Assembly: GCA_038212625.1 (NCBI GenBank)
Contig: JBBQUH010000005.1
Coordinates: 31,483 to 95,482, forward strand
Direction of reading: 5' to 3'
Source: Gemmatimonadales bacterium
Lineage (GTDB): Bacteria; Gemmatimonadota; Gemmatimonadetes; Gemmatimonadales; Gemmatimonadaceae
Length of the DNA stretch: 64,000 nt
The position numbers were made by a program, and so were the translations under genes. Within the stretch, counting starts at the first letter, position 1, and each line of letters starts with the position of its first letter. The notes beneath the pieces were generated by a model. It was not told the DNA's origin, searched no databases, and saw only the letters and a list, made by a program, of their open reading frames with translations. This document shows, piece by piece, positions 28,356-38,149 of the stretch.

Positions 28356-31126
28356 TGCGCCACCTTGGCGAGCGATCGCTCTTCCGGCACTTCGCCGGTG
28401 TCCATCACGACGGTGATGATGCGGGCCTGCTCCGCCTGATGCGCATCGGCATACCCTTCTGCGGGACTGGCCCGCTCGGGACGCCCCACATACCGCACGC
28501 CCACGGCCGCTCCGGCCGAAGCGCGCAAACGCGGCTGCACATAGGTCCACGCGCCCTGATTGCGCGGCTCTTCCTGCGCCCACACCACCTGCTCGATGGC
28601 CGGATAGAGGTCCATGATGCGCACGATATCCTCATGCGGCCACGGATACAGCTCCTCCACCCGCACCAGCGCCACCTGCGGATTCCGCGTGGCCGACAGT
28701 GCCATGTCGTAGTACAGCTTGCCCGTACAGAACACGATGCGCCGTACCTCGTCGCGATGCTGCGACGCGAGCGGATCGTCGATCACCGACTGGAAACCAC
28801 CCTGCGACAGCTCCCCGAGGTGCGATGCCGCCTGCGGCAGACGGAGCAGCGACTTGGGTTGCATACACACCAACGGTCGACGATTCGCGCGCAGCGCCTG
28901 ACGGCGCAGCAGATGGAAATACTGCGCCGGTGTGCTGCAATAGGCCACCGTCATGTTGCCCTCGGCACACAGTTGCAAAAACCGCTCAAGCCGTGCGCTC
29001 GAATGTTCGGGGCCCTGTCCCTCGTAGCCGTGCGGAAGCAGCAGCACGACGCCGCTGTCCTGACCCCACTTGGCGCGATCGGCTGCAATGAATTGATCGA
29101 TGATCGGTTGCGCCACATTGACGAAGTCGCCGAATTGCGCTTCCCACAGGGTGAGCGTATCCGTGGCCACCGTACTGAAGCCATATTCGAACGCGAGCAC
29201 GGCCGTTTCGGACAGCGCCGAGTTGTAGATCTCGAACGCCCCCTTCGCGCCGGGCAGGTGAGCCAGCGGTGCGTACTTCCGCCCCGTGTTGGTGTCGCTG
29301 AGCACTGCGTGCCGATGTGAGAACGTGCCGCGTTCGGCGTCCTGACCCGTGAGACGGATCGACATCCCGTCAAGCAGCAACGAACCGAACGCCAGCGCCT
29401 CAGCGTGTCCCCACTCGATACCGCCCTGCTCACCCATCGCCTCGCGTCGACGCTCGAGCTGCTTGGCGAGACGCGGGTTGGGCGAGAAATCCGCCGGCCA
29501 GCTCAAGAGCGCGTCATTAACGAATTGCAGACGTTCCGCAGGCAGCGCCGTGATCAACACCTTCGGCGCCGGCGTCGGCTCGGCCGGCCACGGCGCATGC
29601 TTCTCGCTGCTCAGGAGCGATTCCTTGAACCGTGCATGAATTGCGGTGTAGTTGGCGGTCACCTGCTGTTCCATCGCCGTGGCCTCGTCAGGCGAGAGCA
29701 CGCCTTCTTTCGCCAGCCGCGCGGCCCACACCTGCGGCACCGTGGGGTGCTGGCGGATGAGGGTGTAGCGCGCCGGCTGTGTGTACAGCGGCTCGTCGCC
29801 TTCGTTGTGGCCGTGCCGGCGATAGCCGACCAGATCAATCAGCACGTCCTTCTTGAACGTGGCGCGATACGCGCATGCCAGACGCACCGCCGTTATGCAG
29901 GCCTGCGCATCGTCAGCGTTGACGTGGATGATCGGGATCTCATACCCTTTCGCGAGATCGGACGAGTAGTGCGTGGAGCGGGCGTCGGAAGGATCAGTGG
30001 TGAACCCCACTTGGTTGTTGACGATGATGTGAATCGTCCCGCCGGTCCGGTGCGCATTAAGCCGGGAGAGGTTGAGCGTCTCAGCCACAATGCCTTCACC
30101 GGGGAACGCCGCATCACCGTGAATAGCCACGGGCACCACGGCGAGTTCATCGCGCTCCCCCGTTACGCCACCTACGCGCTGCAATGCGCGCACCACGCCC
30201 TCGATCACCGGATTGACCACTTCGAGGTGCGACGGGTTCGGCACCAGTCGCAATTTTACCGACGCGCCGTCCACGTTGCGCGAGCCGACATACCCCATGT
30301 GATACTTCACGTCGCCGGTCGCGTTTTCATCCGCGTGATCGTGACGTCCCTCGAACTCGGCGAACAGCGTTTCGTACGGCTTGCCCATCACGTTGGTGAG
30401 CACATTGAGACGGCCGCGATGTGCCATGCCGATCACAATCTCCTTCGCGCCCGAGCGACCGGACTCGCTGATCACTTCATCAAGCATCGGGATGAGCGTA
30501 TCGGTGCCCTCCACCGAGAAGCGCTTGTAGCCTTGATACACCCGACCGAGGAAGCGCTCGAGCCCGTCCACCTCATTGAGGCGGTGCAGCACCTGCTTCT
30601 TCTCCTCCGGCGTGAGTGCCCGCGTGATCAAGCCATCACGAAACGCGGTGCGAAACCATTCGCGCTCGTCGTCGGCCTCAAGGTGCCACACCTCGTACCC
30701 GATACGCCCTGCATAGATCTTGCGCTTGCGCGCGATGACGTCGGCTGCGGTGGCGAAGCGATCGTCGCCGAGCACGGCACCGGGAATCGCCTGCAGGTCG
30801 GCCTCGGTGATGCCGTGGAACTCGAGACTCAGATCGTCGGCACCGGGCGGCGGCGCGCCGAGCGGATCCAGCTGCACCGCGTAATGGCCGTAGTTGCGGA
30901 TCGCCTGTTGAAGGGACGCGGCCGCCGCAACCTTCTTCAGGAAGGCCACGTCCATTGCGGGGGCGCCCGCTGCGGTGGGCGACGCCGGGGACGCACCGAA
31001 CAGTGACTCCGCCATGCGGAAGTACTGCCGCCACGTCTCGTCGACGCTCGCGGGATCCTGACGATAACGCTCGAACTGCTCGGCAAAAATGCCGTCGTTG
31101 AAAACGCTGGTGATGGCTGCGGTCAT
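28352..31126 (-). CDS. sucA: 2-oxoglutarate dehydrogenase E1 component
   Basis: KRFSVEG, GMAHRGRLN, GDVKYH, NPSHLE, HGDAAFPGEG, RRHGHNE, WEAQFGDF, HSSARLERFLQ; start ATG 31126. Confidence 0.96.
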   Translation of the reverse strand: MTAAITSVFNDGIFAEQFERYRQDPASVDETWRQYFRMAESLFGASPASPTAAGAPAMDVAFLKKVAAAASLQQAIRNYGHYAVQLDPLGAPPPGADDLSLEFHGITEADLQAIPGAVLGDDRFATAADVIARKRKIYAGRIGYEVWHLEADDEREWFRTAFRDGLITRALTPEEKKQVLHRLNEVDGLERFLGRVYQGYKRFSVEGTDTLIPMLDEVISESGRSGAKEIVIGMAHRGRLNVLTNVMGKPYETLFAEFEGRHDHADENATGDVKYHMGYVGSRNVDGASVKLRLVPNPSHLEVVNPVIEGVVRALQRVGGVTGERDELAVVPVAIHGDAAFPGEGIVAETLNLSRLNAHRTGGTIHIIVNNQVGFTTDPSDARSTHYSSDLAKGYEIPIIHVNADDAQACITAVRLACAYRATFKKDVLIDLVGYRRHGHNEGDEPLYTQPARYTLIRQHPTVPQVWAARLAKEGVLSPDEATAMEQQVTANYTAIHARFKESLLSSEKHAPWPAEPTPAPKVLITALPAERLQFVNDALLSWPADFSPNPRLAKQLERRREAMGEQGGIEWGHAEALAFGSLLLDGMSIRLTGQDAERGTFSHRHAVLSDTNTGRKYAPLAHLPGAKGAFEIYNSALSETAVLAFEYGFSTVATDTLTLWEAQFGDFVNVAQPIIDQFIAADRAKWGQDSGVVLLLPHGYEGQGPEHSSARLERFLQLCAEGNMTVAYCSTPAQYFHLLRRQALRANRRPLVCMQPKSLLRLPQAASHLGELSQGGFQSVIDDPLASQHRDEVRRIVFCTGKLYYDMALSATRNPQVALVRVEELYPWPHEDIVRIMDLYPAIEQVVWAQEEPRNQGAWTYVQPRLRASAGAAVGVRYVGRPERASPAEGYADAHQAEQARIITVVMDTGEVPEERSLAKVAQ

Positions 31127-31199
31127 ACCCAGTGAATCTAGCGTGGTACAGCGCAAGGGACAGGCGCAACACGGCGCCGACGACGTGTTCCGCAGGTGC

Positions 31200-32465
31200 T
31201 CAGGAGATGGCGGGGAGCACCAGCGTGAAATTTGAGCCGTCGCCAGGGCGCGACACCACTTCAATGCGCCCGCCAAGCAGCGTGGCCAGGCGTCGGGAAA
31301 TGTAGAGGCCGAGCCCCGTGCCACGGTGGCGCCGTGCGGGGACATCCTCAAGTTGCGAGAACGGTCGGAAGAGGCGCTGCAGATTGGAGGCCTCGATACC
31401 GATCCCGGAGTCGCGCACCGCGACGCGCACGGTGGCCCGTCCATCAGGCCCCGGGGAACCACGGGAGACACGCACGGTCACCCCACCCACTTCGGTGAAC
31501 TTGACGGCATTCTGGCAGAGGTTGAGCAGGATCTGCCGCACCTTGGCCTCATCCGTGTGCAGCGCCGGGAGCCCGGGCTCGAGGTCGATGGCGAAGTCAA
31601 TGCCCTTCTCTCGCGCCAGCGGGTCCATGAACGGCAGCAGGGAGTCGATCAACTCTTCTATCCGCACCGGCGCCATGCGGGCGGTGAGGCGATCGGCCTC
31701 GAGCGAGGCATAGGTGAGGATGTCCTCGATGAGCGCCCCCAAATGCCGTCCCACGGTACGCAGGCGCATGATCACGTCTTGCTGCTGCGGGGTCAGCGGC
31801 CCGAGAATCTGATCCTCCAAGAGCTCCCCGTACCCCTCGAGCGCGGCTAGCGGCGTGCGCAGTTCGTGCGACAACGTCGCCAGCAGGCTCGTCTTGGCGG
31901 CATCCGCCGACTGCGTTTCTTCGAGCAGCCGCGCCTTCCAGAGCGCCAGCGCCGCGAGATCCGCCATCACACTGAGCCGCTCTTCGTCGGCGTCGTCAAA
32001 GGGCGGATGCCCTTGATCGCGAGCGATCGAGAGGACGCCCAGCAGCTGCTGGTTGGCCACCAGCGGCAGGAGGAGAATCGGGCCGAATCCGAGCCGTGGC
32101 AGGAGTTCCGCAAAAAACGGTGAGCTCTCCCTGGGCGACCGGATAGCGATCGTGCGCCGCTCCTCGGCGACCCGTCCGGTCAGCGTGCCCGCCAACGGAA
32201 AGCGTGTTCCGCGCAGCTCGCCCGTTTTCCCGAAGACGGCAATATACACGCCGGTATCCGCATGCAATTCGGCCACTGCCGCGCCACTTGCGCGACCGCG
32301 CACCGTGGAAAGACGACAGAGCGTTTCAAGGACCTTCTGCGAATTCGTCTCCGCCGCCAGCGCGCGCGCCACTTGACGAATGCTGCCCAGCTCCTCGGTC
32401 CGCCGATAGTCGGAGAAGAGGAGATCGTCGGTGGGGGCGAGCGGGTAGTCGGCGGCGTCGGTCAT
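31200..32465 (-). CDS. GAF-domain sensor histidine kinase
   Basis: GAF region, [33 protein letters not shown]. Confidence 0.9.
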   Translation of the reverse strand: MTDAADYPLAPTDDLLFSDYRRTEELGSIRQVARALAAETNSQKVLETLCRLSTVRGRASGAAVAELHADTGVYIAVFGKTGELRGTRFPLAGTLTGRVAEERRTIAIRSPRESSPFFAELLPRLGFGPILLLPLVANQQLLGVLSIARDQGHPPFDDADEERLSVMADLAALALWKARLLEETQSADAAKTSLLATLSHELRTPLAALEGYGELLEDQILGPLTPQQQDVIMRLRTVGRHLGALIEDILTYASLEADRLTARMAPVRIEELIDSLLPFMDPLAREKGIDFAIDLEPGLPALHTDEAKVRQILLNLCQNAVKFTEVGGVTVRVSRGSPGPDGRATVRVAVRDSGIGIEASNLQRLFRPFSQLEDVPARRHRGTGLGLYISRRLATLLGGRIEVVSRPGDGSNFTLVLPAIS

Positions 32466-32502
32466 GTGGGAACACTGCCACATCGCCGACCGCTTGGCGA
32501 GC

Positions 32503-32658
<156 letters not shown>

Positions 32659-32661
<3 letters not shown>

Positions 32662-32826
32662 GAGCTAAGAGCTAAGAGCTAAGAGCTAAAAGTTAAGAGC
32701 TAAGAGCTAAGAGCCAAGAGCTAAGTGCTAAGTGCTAAGTGCTCTCAGCTCTCAGCTTTGAGCTCTGAGCTCTGAGCTCTTCGCTCTTAGCTCTGAGCTC
32801 TGAGCTCTTAGCTCTTAGCTCTTCGC
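32659..32826. repeat. Inverted heptamer tandem array 2
   Basis: 12 TAAGAGC-like units (32659-32742) followed in the same 7-bp register by 12 GCTCTTA-like units (32741-32824); between convergent DUF2256 and anti-sigma genes. Confidence 0.97.
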
Positions 32827-33543
32827 CACCCCCACCACGCGCTCGCGCCCGCTCACCACTGCCCCGCCCGGTGCTTCCACGGTCAGCACGAACATGATGG
32901 CCTCGCCGACGGGTAGGCGGGCGGCGAACGGGATCACCACCTCGGTGGCGCCGGCGGGGATGTCGAACACTCCGCCATCCACGGGATACCGACTATCGCG
33001 CGCCTTGTCGAAGATCCAGAGCTGATACTGTGAGCGCTTCGCGTCGTTGGGCGCGAGTCCCACCACCCGCATGACCCCGCGTTGCGCCGCGGCACTCCAC
33101 ACCACGTCACCGCCGATCATGGGTGACACGTCGTCCGTGGACGAGGTCCAGGCCAGCTTGAGAAGCGCGCGATCGTTCTGCAGCAGTGAGTCGCGGAGCG
33201 CACCCGCCGAGCGTGCGGGGACTTGCGGTGTCGCTGCGAGGGGAGCGGGAGGCGACGTCTCGCGCGCGCGGCGCCCCGGTGTCCCCACCCACAGCCCGAG
33301 CACTGCCGCGGCGGCGAGCCAGCCACTCCACAGTCGCCACGACGCATCAGGTGGGCGCCGTCGTGCCGTCGCCAGTGACGCGTCGGCGCGTAGCAACCGT
33401 TCACCGGCGGCGGCGATTTGCGCCGCGAGCGCTGCGGGTAGCGCACCGTGCTCCGGATCGGCGGTCGACGACGATAGCGCCGCCGTGAGTTCTCCCACCA
33501 GCAACTCGTGACCGGTCGGGGTGGCTCGATCTGGTGCCTTCAT
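32815..33543 (-). CDS. Anti-sigma factor, RskA family
   Basis: Single TM (WLAAAAVLGLWVG), then YQLWI..PVDGGVF...FVLTVEAPGG; ATGA-coupled to the ECF sigma. Confidence 0.85.
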   Translation of the reverse strand: MKAPDRATPTGHELLVGELTAALSSSTADPEHGALPAALAAQIAAAGERLLRADASLATARRRPPDASWRLWSGWLAAAAVLGLWVGTPGRRARETSPPAPLAATPQVPARSAGALRDSLLQNDRALLKLAWTSSTDDVSPMIGGDVVWSAAAQRGVMRVVGLAPNDAKRSQYQLWIFDKARDSRYPVDGGVFDIPAGATEVVIPFAARLPVGEAIMFVLTVEAPGGAVVSGRERVVGVAKS

Positions 33544-34202
33544 CCGTCCTGCTCCTCCGACAACCGTGGTGTCGCCTGCAACAGCGTCGCCCGCGCCCGC
33601 TGCAGACCGCGACGAATATGTGACTTGACCGTACCCAGCGGCGTGCCGGTGGCCTCTGCGATTTCCTCGTGAGTATGCCCATGCAGCAGCGACAATTCCA
33701 ACATGGTGCGCTGCGCCGCGGGCAACGCCTGCACCGCGGCGCGCGCACGGACGACCCGATCGGCCTGATCGAGATCAGGCTCCTGCTCGTCGATCACATC
33801 GTAGTCGTCGGGCAACGGCTCGTACGTGATCCCGCGTTGACTCCGCCGCAGCCGATCGATGAGCCGGCGCCTGGCTACCATCGCCACCCAACCCGCTTCC
33901 GTGGCACGCGCACCGTCAAACCGCGCCGCACTCCTCCAGAGGTCAACGAAGATCTCCTGCGCGGCATCCTCGGCGTCATGGCCATCGGGCACCCAGCGAC
34001 GCACCAGCGACCACACGAGCGCTCCGTAGCGCGCCACACACTCCCGGACCGCCGACTCGTCACCGGCCGCAATCCGCGGCAGGAGAGGGACGGGTACGAG
34101 AGTCACGGACACCGCCTTTGCAGACGACGCCACGCGCGCGCGGTCCGGCGGGACCAACGCGAGATGCGCACGCACAGCGCCATGGGCGTCATTCGAAGTC
34201 AT
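33540..34202 (-). CDS. ECF RNA polymerase sigma factor (SigK-like)
   Basis: GDESAVRECVARYG, DAEDAAQEIFVDLW, region 4 THEEIAEATGTPLGTVKSHIRRGL. Confidence 0.92.
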   Translation of the reverse strand: MTSNDAHGAVRAHLALVPPDRARVASSAKAVSVTLVPVPLLPRIAAGDESAVRECVARYGALVWSLVRRWVPDGHDAEDAAQEIFVDLWRSAARFDGARATEAGWVAMVARRRLIDRLRRSQRGITYEPLPDDYDVIDEQEPDLDQADRVVRARAAVQALPAAQRTMLELSLLHGHTHEEIAEATGTPLGTVKSHIRRGLQRARATLLQATPRLSEEQDG

Positions 34203-34259
34203 GTCCAGGCGTGTGAGAGCAGGGTGAAGCAGAAGGGAGCGGACGTGTGCAGAGAGGCG

Positions 34260-34285
34260 TTCGTCGCCCGCGGATTACTGGATGC
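34260..34285 (-). promoter_or_regulatory. ECF (SigK-like) promoter for the sigma/anti-sigma operon
   Basis: Minus strand GCATCC (34280-34285)-N15-ACGAA (34260-34264). Confidence 0.75.
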
Positions 34286-34344
34286 ACGGCCATCACGACA
34301 CCGACCGGCGGCGGCGCGTGCCCCCTTGTAACACGTCGCCTGAT

Positions 34345-34370
34345 GCATCCAGTCACCCCGAGTCCACGAA
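34345..34370 (+). promoter_or_regulatory. ECF (SigK-like) promoter for the fasciclin gene
   Basis: Plus strand GCATCC (34345-34350)-N15-ACGAA (34366-34370), identical to the divergent copy. Confidence 0.75.
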
Positions 34371-34418
34371 CCCTCACGCATCGCTGCCGGATCCCACCCT
34401 TCTTTGACGAGAGCACTC

Positions 34419-35240
34419 ATGCACCGTACCGTCTTCTCCCTCGCGCTCGGCACCACCCTGCTAGGCGCCACCAGCATCCCGAACACGCTCGAAGCGCAGC
34501 ATCCGCCCCGGGCTTCGGCGACACTACCCGCTATTCCACAGCTCGCCAAAACGGCGGGTCAGTTCACCACGCTGCTCGCAGCCGTGGACGCCGCCGGCCT
34601 CACCGAAACCTTACTCGGCCGCGGCCCCTTCACGCTCTTCGCGCCCACCGACGACGCCTTCAAGCGCCTGCCCGCCGGTACGGTGACGGAGTTGCTGAAG
34701 CCGGAAAATCGTGAGAAGCTGCGCGCGATTCTGACGTATCACGTGGTGGCGGGGCGCGTCACGGCGGCTCAGGCCCGTACGGTGCGAACTGCCGAGACGG
34801 TCGCGGGGCAGCCACTGCGGATTAGTCAAACCAACGGTGACCTGCGCATCAATGATGCGACCGTGCGACTCGCCGATATCCCGGCGAGCAACGGCGTCGT
34901 GCACGTCATCGACCGAGTGCTGCTGCCCAAAGAATCGCAGAGCAGCAACGGCCCGGCGTCCGGAAGTTCCGCCGTAGCCGTCGTAGACTACGCCATAGAC
35001 CGCGGCGCGCCCCTCTACAACAACGGCACCCCGGAGGCGACGGTCGCCATTTACGAGGTGGCGATCACTGCCCTGCTCACGCTGGACCGCGAAAGCCTGC
35101 CGGCGGGCACCCAGCGCCGACTGCTCGCCGCGCTGCGGGAGTCGCGGGCCACTGCGCGTGATCGTGCACTGGCGCTTCGCCGCGCGCTCGACGAGGCGCG
35201 ACAGTCACTTTCGGGACCGATGAACGTCAGCGCGCGCTAA
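34419..35240 (+). CDS. Fasciclin (FAS1) domain protein with extra C-terminal helical domain, exported
   Basis: Signal peptide; FTTLLAAV, GPFTLFAPTDDAF, ILTYHVV, ASNGVVHVIDRVLLP. Confidence 0.93.
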   Translation: MHRTVFSLALGTTLLGATSIPNTLEAQHPPRASATLPAIPQLAKTAGQFTTLLAAVDAAGLTETLLGRGPFTLFAPTDDAFKRLPAGTVTELLKPENREKLRAILTYHVVAGRVTAAQARTVRTAETVAGQPLRISQTNGDLRINDATVRLADIPASNGVVHVIDRVLLPKESQSSNGPASGSSAVAVVDYAIDRGAPLYNNGTPEATVAIYEVAITALLTLDRESLPAGTQRRLLAALRESRATARDRALALRRALDEARQSLSGPMNVSAR

Positions 35241-35294
35241 ACAACCTTACCACCACCACCTCACCACCGCCGGCCGTCAAACGCCGCCGTACGA

Positions 35295-37403
35295 CTAGAA
35301 GTCCACCCCCGCCGTGACGAACACCGCGCGTGCCGGCAGCACGAAGTACCGCACGCGCCCCGATCCCGACACCGTGCCACTGCCGAACTTGAGCGTGTTG
35401 CCCAGGTTCGCCCCACGGATCGTGATCGTGGTGCGGCCCACCGCCACACGGGCCGAGGCATCGAGGGTGTAGTAGTCGGGGAGCACACGGTCCGGGCTGC
35501 TGGTGTTGTCGAGGAACGCCCGCGACTGATACCGCCCCTCGACACTCATCATGAGGCGCGACGTCGGCATGACCTCCACACGATGCGACGTCAGCAGGCG
35601 CGGCGTGAGCAACGGTTCCACATTCTGTCGCACGACCGGCGTGCCACGCGAAGAATCCGTGAACTCCTTGATTCGATTGGTGCTCCACGTGGCGTTACCT
35701 GCCAGCATCACGCGGCTGATGCCCCGATACGCCCCTTCCAGCTCCAGCCCGCGGCGATAACTGCTGCCCACATTCCGTCGCAGGATGGATCCCGAGGCCG
35801 TCGGTGCGCCGATCCGCGCGATGTCGTTGCGGAAATCCATGCTGTACACATTCGCCGCCATATCGAACGTGGATCGCGCGAGACGCAGTCCGAGTTCCGC
35901 GTTGCCAAGGCGCTCCGGCTTGACCCGCGAGAAATCGCCGAAGTCCGCCACATTGCCGCTGTTGAGGTCGTCCTCGCCGCCGAACAGATCGTTCCGCGCC
36001 GGCTCGCGACTGGTGGCGCCGTAACTCGCATACGCCGACGCACCCGTGCCCAGCGTGTACGTCACACCGGCCTTGGGATTGAAGAATGCCCAGTCGACGC
36101 TCCGCCCCTCGATTCCGGCGTTCACGTCGGGGGCGTAGCGGAAGCGGGCTATACGCCCCTGCATATCCGCAAACCAGCGGGCGCGACCCACGTCGACCGA
36201 GACCTTGGTGAACACGCTCGCATCCTGCTTGTGCCCCGTGTTGTCGTACAGTTCCGTGTCGGGCTGCAGGTAGCCGCGGTGCGCCCGTTGGTAGGTGTTG
36301 GCGTTGATCCCCGTGTGCCACTGCATCGCGCCGCGCTCCACGTTGTAGGCGCTGGTCACGCCGTACCACGTATGGGCGAGGTTGAACCGATAGCGATCGG
36401 GGAGGTCGAAGAAGTCGTAGTTCCCGCTCGCCGAGTTGCGGTACACGGTGGTGTTGAACGAGCCGCCATTGGTCATGGCGCGCGAGTAGGCCAGCGCCAC
36501 CATCTGCTGCCCGAACTTGTCGCGCTCGTCGGGCTGCAGCGGATTGAACCGCCGGTTCAAGGCGAGTTCCGCGCGCGTCGCACCTGTGTACGACAGCGTG
36601 TCCGCCAGCACACCGACCAGCGCGGTCAGCTTGAGCGTGTTCTGCGTGCCAAACCAGCCAGCGCCGATAAACGCGGAGCGACCCATCACGCCGCTATGAT
36701 CACGGTACCCGTTGGTGCGGAGCGCACTGACGCGGCCGTACACCGCCAGCTTGCTCTCGGTGAGCCCGGAATTGAAGGCCGCACTCACGCGTTGCGCACC
36801 GAAGGATCCCAGCTGCACCTGCACGTCCCCGCTCTGCCCGGCGCGTGCGATGGGCGTCGTTTCGAAGTTGATGCTCCCCGCATACGAAGCCGTGCCGGCC
36901 GTGCTCGTGCCCACCCCGCGCTGCACCTGCACCGACTGCACGTTGGACATCAGATCGGCGAAGTTGGCAAAATAGAGGACCTGATCCTCCATGTCGTTGA
37001 GCGGCACACCGTCAATGGTGATGTTGATGCGCGTCTGATCGAGCCCACGCAGGCGCAGATAGCTGTACCCCCACTGGGTGCCGGTTTCCGTATGGGCCAC
37101 CAAGGACGGCGCGGCATTCTGCAGCAACATCGGCACATCCTGCCCGAAGTGCCGCTGCGTAATGGCGGCGCGTCCGATCGTCGTTTGCGAAATCGGAGCG
37201 GATTCGTCGGCGCGAATGGCGCGGACCAGCACCCCCTCCACGCGTCGCGCCGAGTCGGCGCGAGCGCCGGAGTCTGGCCGCGTGGGTCGCTGGGCGACCA
37301 GCGGCGAGGCGGCAAGCATGGGAAGGACCAGTGCGGCGGACACCATGGCGGCGACAAGCGGTCGCCGCACGCGCCCTGGGCGCGTGCTGTAGCTGTTCAT
37401 CAT
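35295..37403 (-). CDS. TonB-dependent receptor, probably thiamine uptake
   Basis: Signal peptide, plug motif LRLRGLDQTRINITIDGVPLND, VQRGVGTS, C-terminal VTAGVDF; directly under a TPP riboswitch. Confidence 0.9.
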   Translation of the reverse strand: MMNSYSTRPGRVRRPLVAAMVSAALVLPMLAASPLVAQRPTRPDSGARADSARRVEGVLVRAIRADESAPISQTTIGRAAITQRHFGQDVPMLLQNAAPSLVAHTETGTQWGYSYLRLRGLDQTRINITIDGVPLNDMEDQVLYFANFADLMSNVQSVQVQRGVGTSTAGTASYAGSINFETTPIARAGQSGDVQVQLGSFGAQRVSAAFNSGLTESKLAVYGRVSALRTNGYRDHSGVMGRSAFIGAGWFGTQNTLKLTALVGVLADTLSYTGATRAELALNRRFNPLQPDERDKFGQQMVALAYSRAMTNGGSFNTTVYRNSASGNYDFFDLPDRYRFNLAHTWYGVTSAYNVERGAMQWHTGINANTYQRAHRGYLQPDTELYDNTGHKQDASVFTKVSVDVGRARWFADMQGRIARFRYAPDVNAGIEGRSVDWAFFNPKAGVTYTLGTGASAYASYGATSREPARNDLFGGEDDLNSGNVADFGDFSRVKPERLGNAELGLRLARSTFDMAANVYSMDFRNDIARIGAPTASGSILRRNVGSSYRRGLELEGAYRGISRVMLAGNATWSTNRIKEFTDSSRGTPVVRQNVEPLLTPRLLTSHRVEVMPTSRLMMSVEGRYQSRAFLDNTSSPDRVLPDYYTLDASARVAVGRTTITIRGANLGNTLKFGSGTVSGSGRVRYFVLPARAVFVTAGVDF

Positions 37404-37407
37404 CTTG

Positions 37408-37490
37408 GACTCCCTACGCCGGCATTACCCGGATCAGGTTCGGCGGGACTCTCTCAGCCCGTGCGCACTGGCGGCACGGGCACCCCGGTC
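37408..37490 (-). ncRNA. TPP (THI-box) riboswitch
   Basis: Minus strand GACCGGGGUGCCCGUGC...GCACGGGCUGAGAGAGUCCCGCCGAACCUGAUCCGGGUAAUGCCGGCGUAGGGAGUC; all hallmark segments present; SD GGGAG lies in the 3' P1 region, suggesting translational control. Confidence 0.96.
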
Positions 37491-37522
37491 ATGTGCGCGT
37501 ATGCTAATTAGCTTCCCCCGCT

Positions 37523-38149
37523 ATGACCACCCTGTGTGCCTGGCTCACTGCGCACGGCAGCTCCTGTCCCGAGCTGTTCGGCTTCATCACCGGCGTTCTG
37601 AACGTCTGGCTGGTGACTCGGCAAAGCATCTGGAGCTGGCCGCTGGGGGTGCTCAATGCGGGCTTCTACACGGTGGTCTTCGCGCGCACCGGTCTCTACT
37701 CCGACACCGGCCTGCAAGTGGTGTATCTGCTGCTCTCTCTGTACGGCTGGTGGCATTGGCAGCGCGGGGCCGCCACAATAAACGCCACGGTAAACGCTCC
37801 TTCAGCGCTGCCCGTCACCCGAACATCACAGCGTCTCGCACTCACGCTCCTCGCGACCGCGATCGCCGCGTGGCTGCTCCTCGCCACGATCACCGCGCGC
37901 ATTCCAGGCGCGGCGCTGCCAGCGCTCGATGCGGCACTCGTTGCCACCAGCCTCGTGGCACAATGGATGATGACGCGCAAACTTCTCGAACACTGGTTCC
38001 TCTGGATTGCTGTCGACATCATCTACATCGGCCTGTTCATCAATCGTGGTCTGCCACTGACCGCCGTGTTGTACACCGTCTTTTTGGCGCTCGCCGCGTG
38101 GGGCGCCGTGCAATGGCAACGCTCGTTCACGGAGAGAGTGCACGCATGA
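37523..38149 (+). CDS. pnuC: PnuC family vitamin transporter
   Basis: ELFGFITG..NVWL..RQSIWSWPLG, LQVVY..LSLYGWW.W, AQWMMTRKLLEHW.LWIAVD. Confidence 0.9.
   Translation: MTTLCAWLTAHGSSCPELFGFITGVLNVWLVTRQSIWSWPLGVLNAGFYTVVFARTGLYSDTGLQVVYLLLSLYGWWHWQRGAATINATVNAPSALPVTRTSQRLALTLLATAIAAWLLLATITARIPGAALPALDAALVATSLVAQWMMTRKLLEHWFLWIAVDIIYIGLFINRGLPLTAVLYTVFLALAAWGAVQWQRSFTERVHA

Noticed and set aside
32402-32409. GCCGATAG as a sigma28 -10 for DUF2256
   Set aside because: No matching -35 at N15; lies inside the kinase coding sequence
35248-35272. ACC-rich run between fasciclin and TonB receptor
   Set aside because: Short, imperfect, single occurrence; likely low complexity
35583-37511. 642-aa plus-strand ORF
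   Set aside because: Shadow of the TonB receptor and riboswitch; Arg/His/Ala-rich with no motifs
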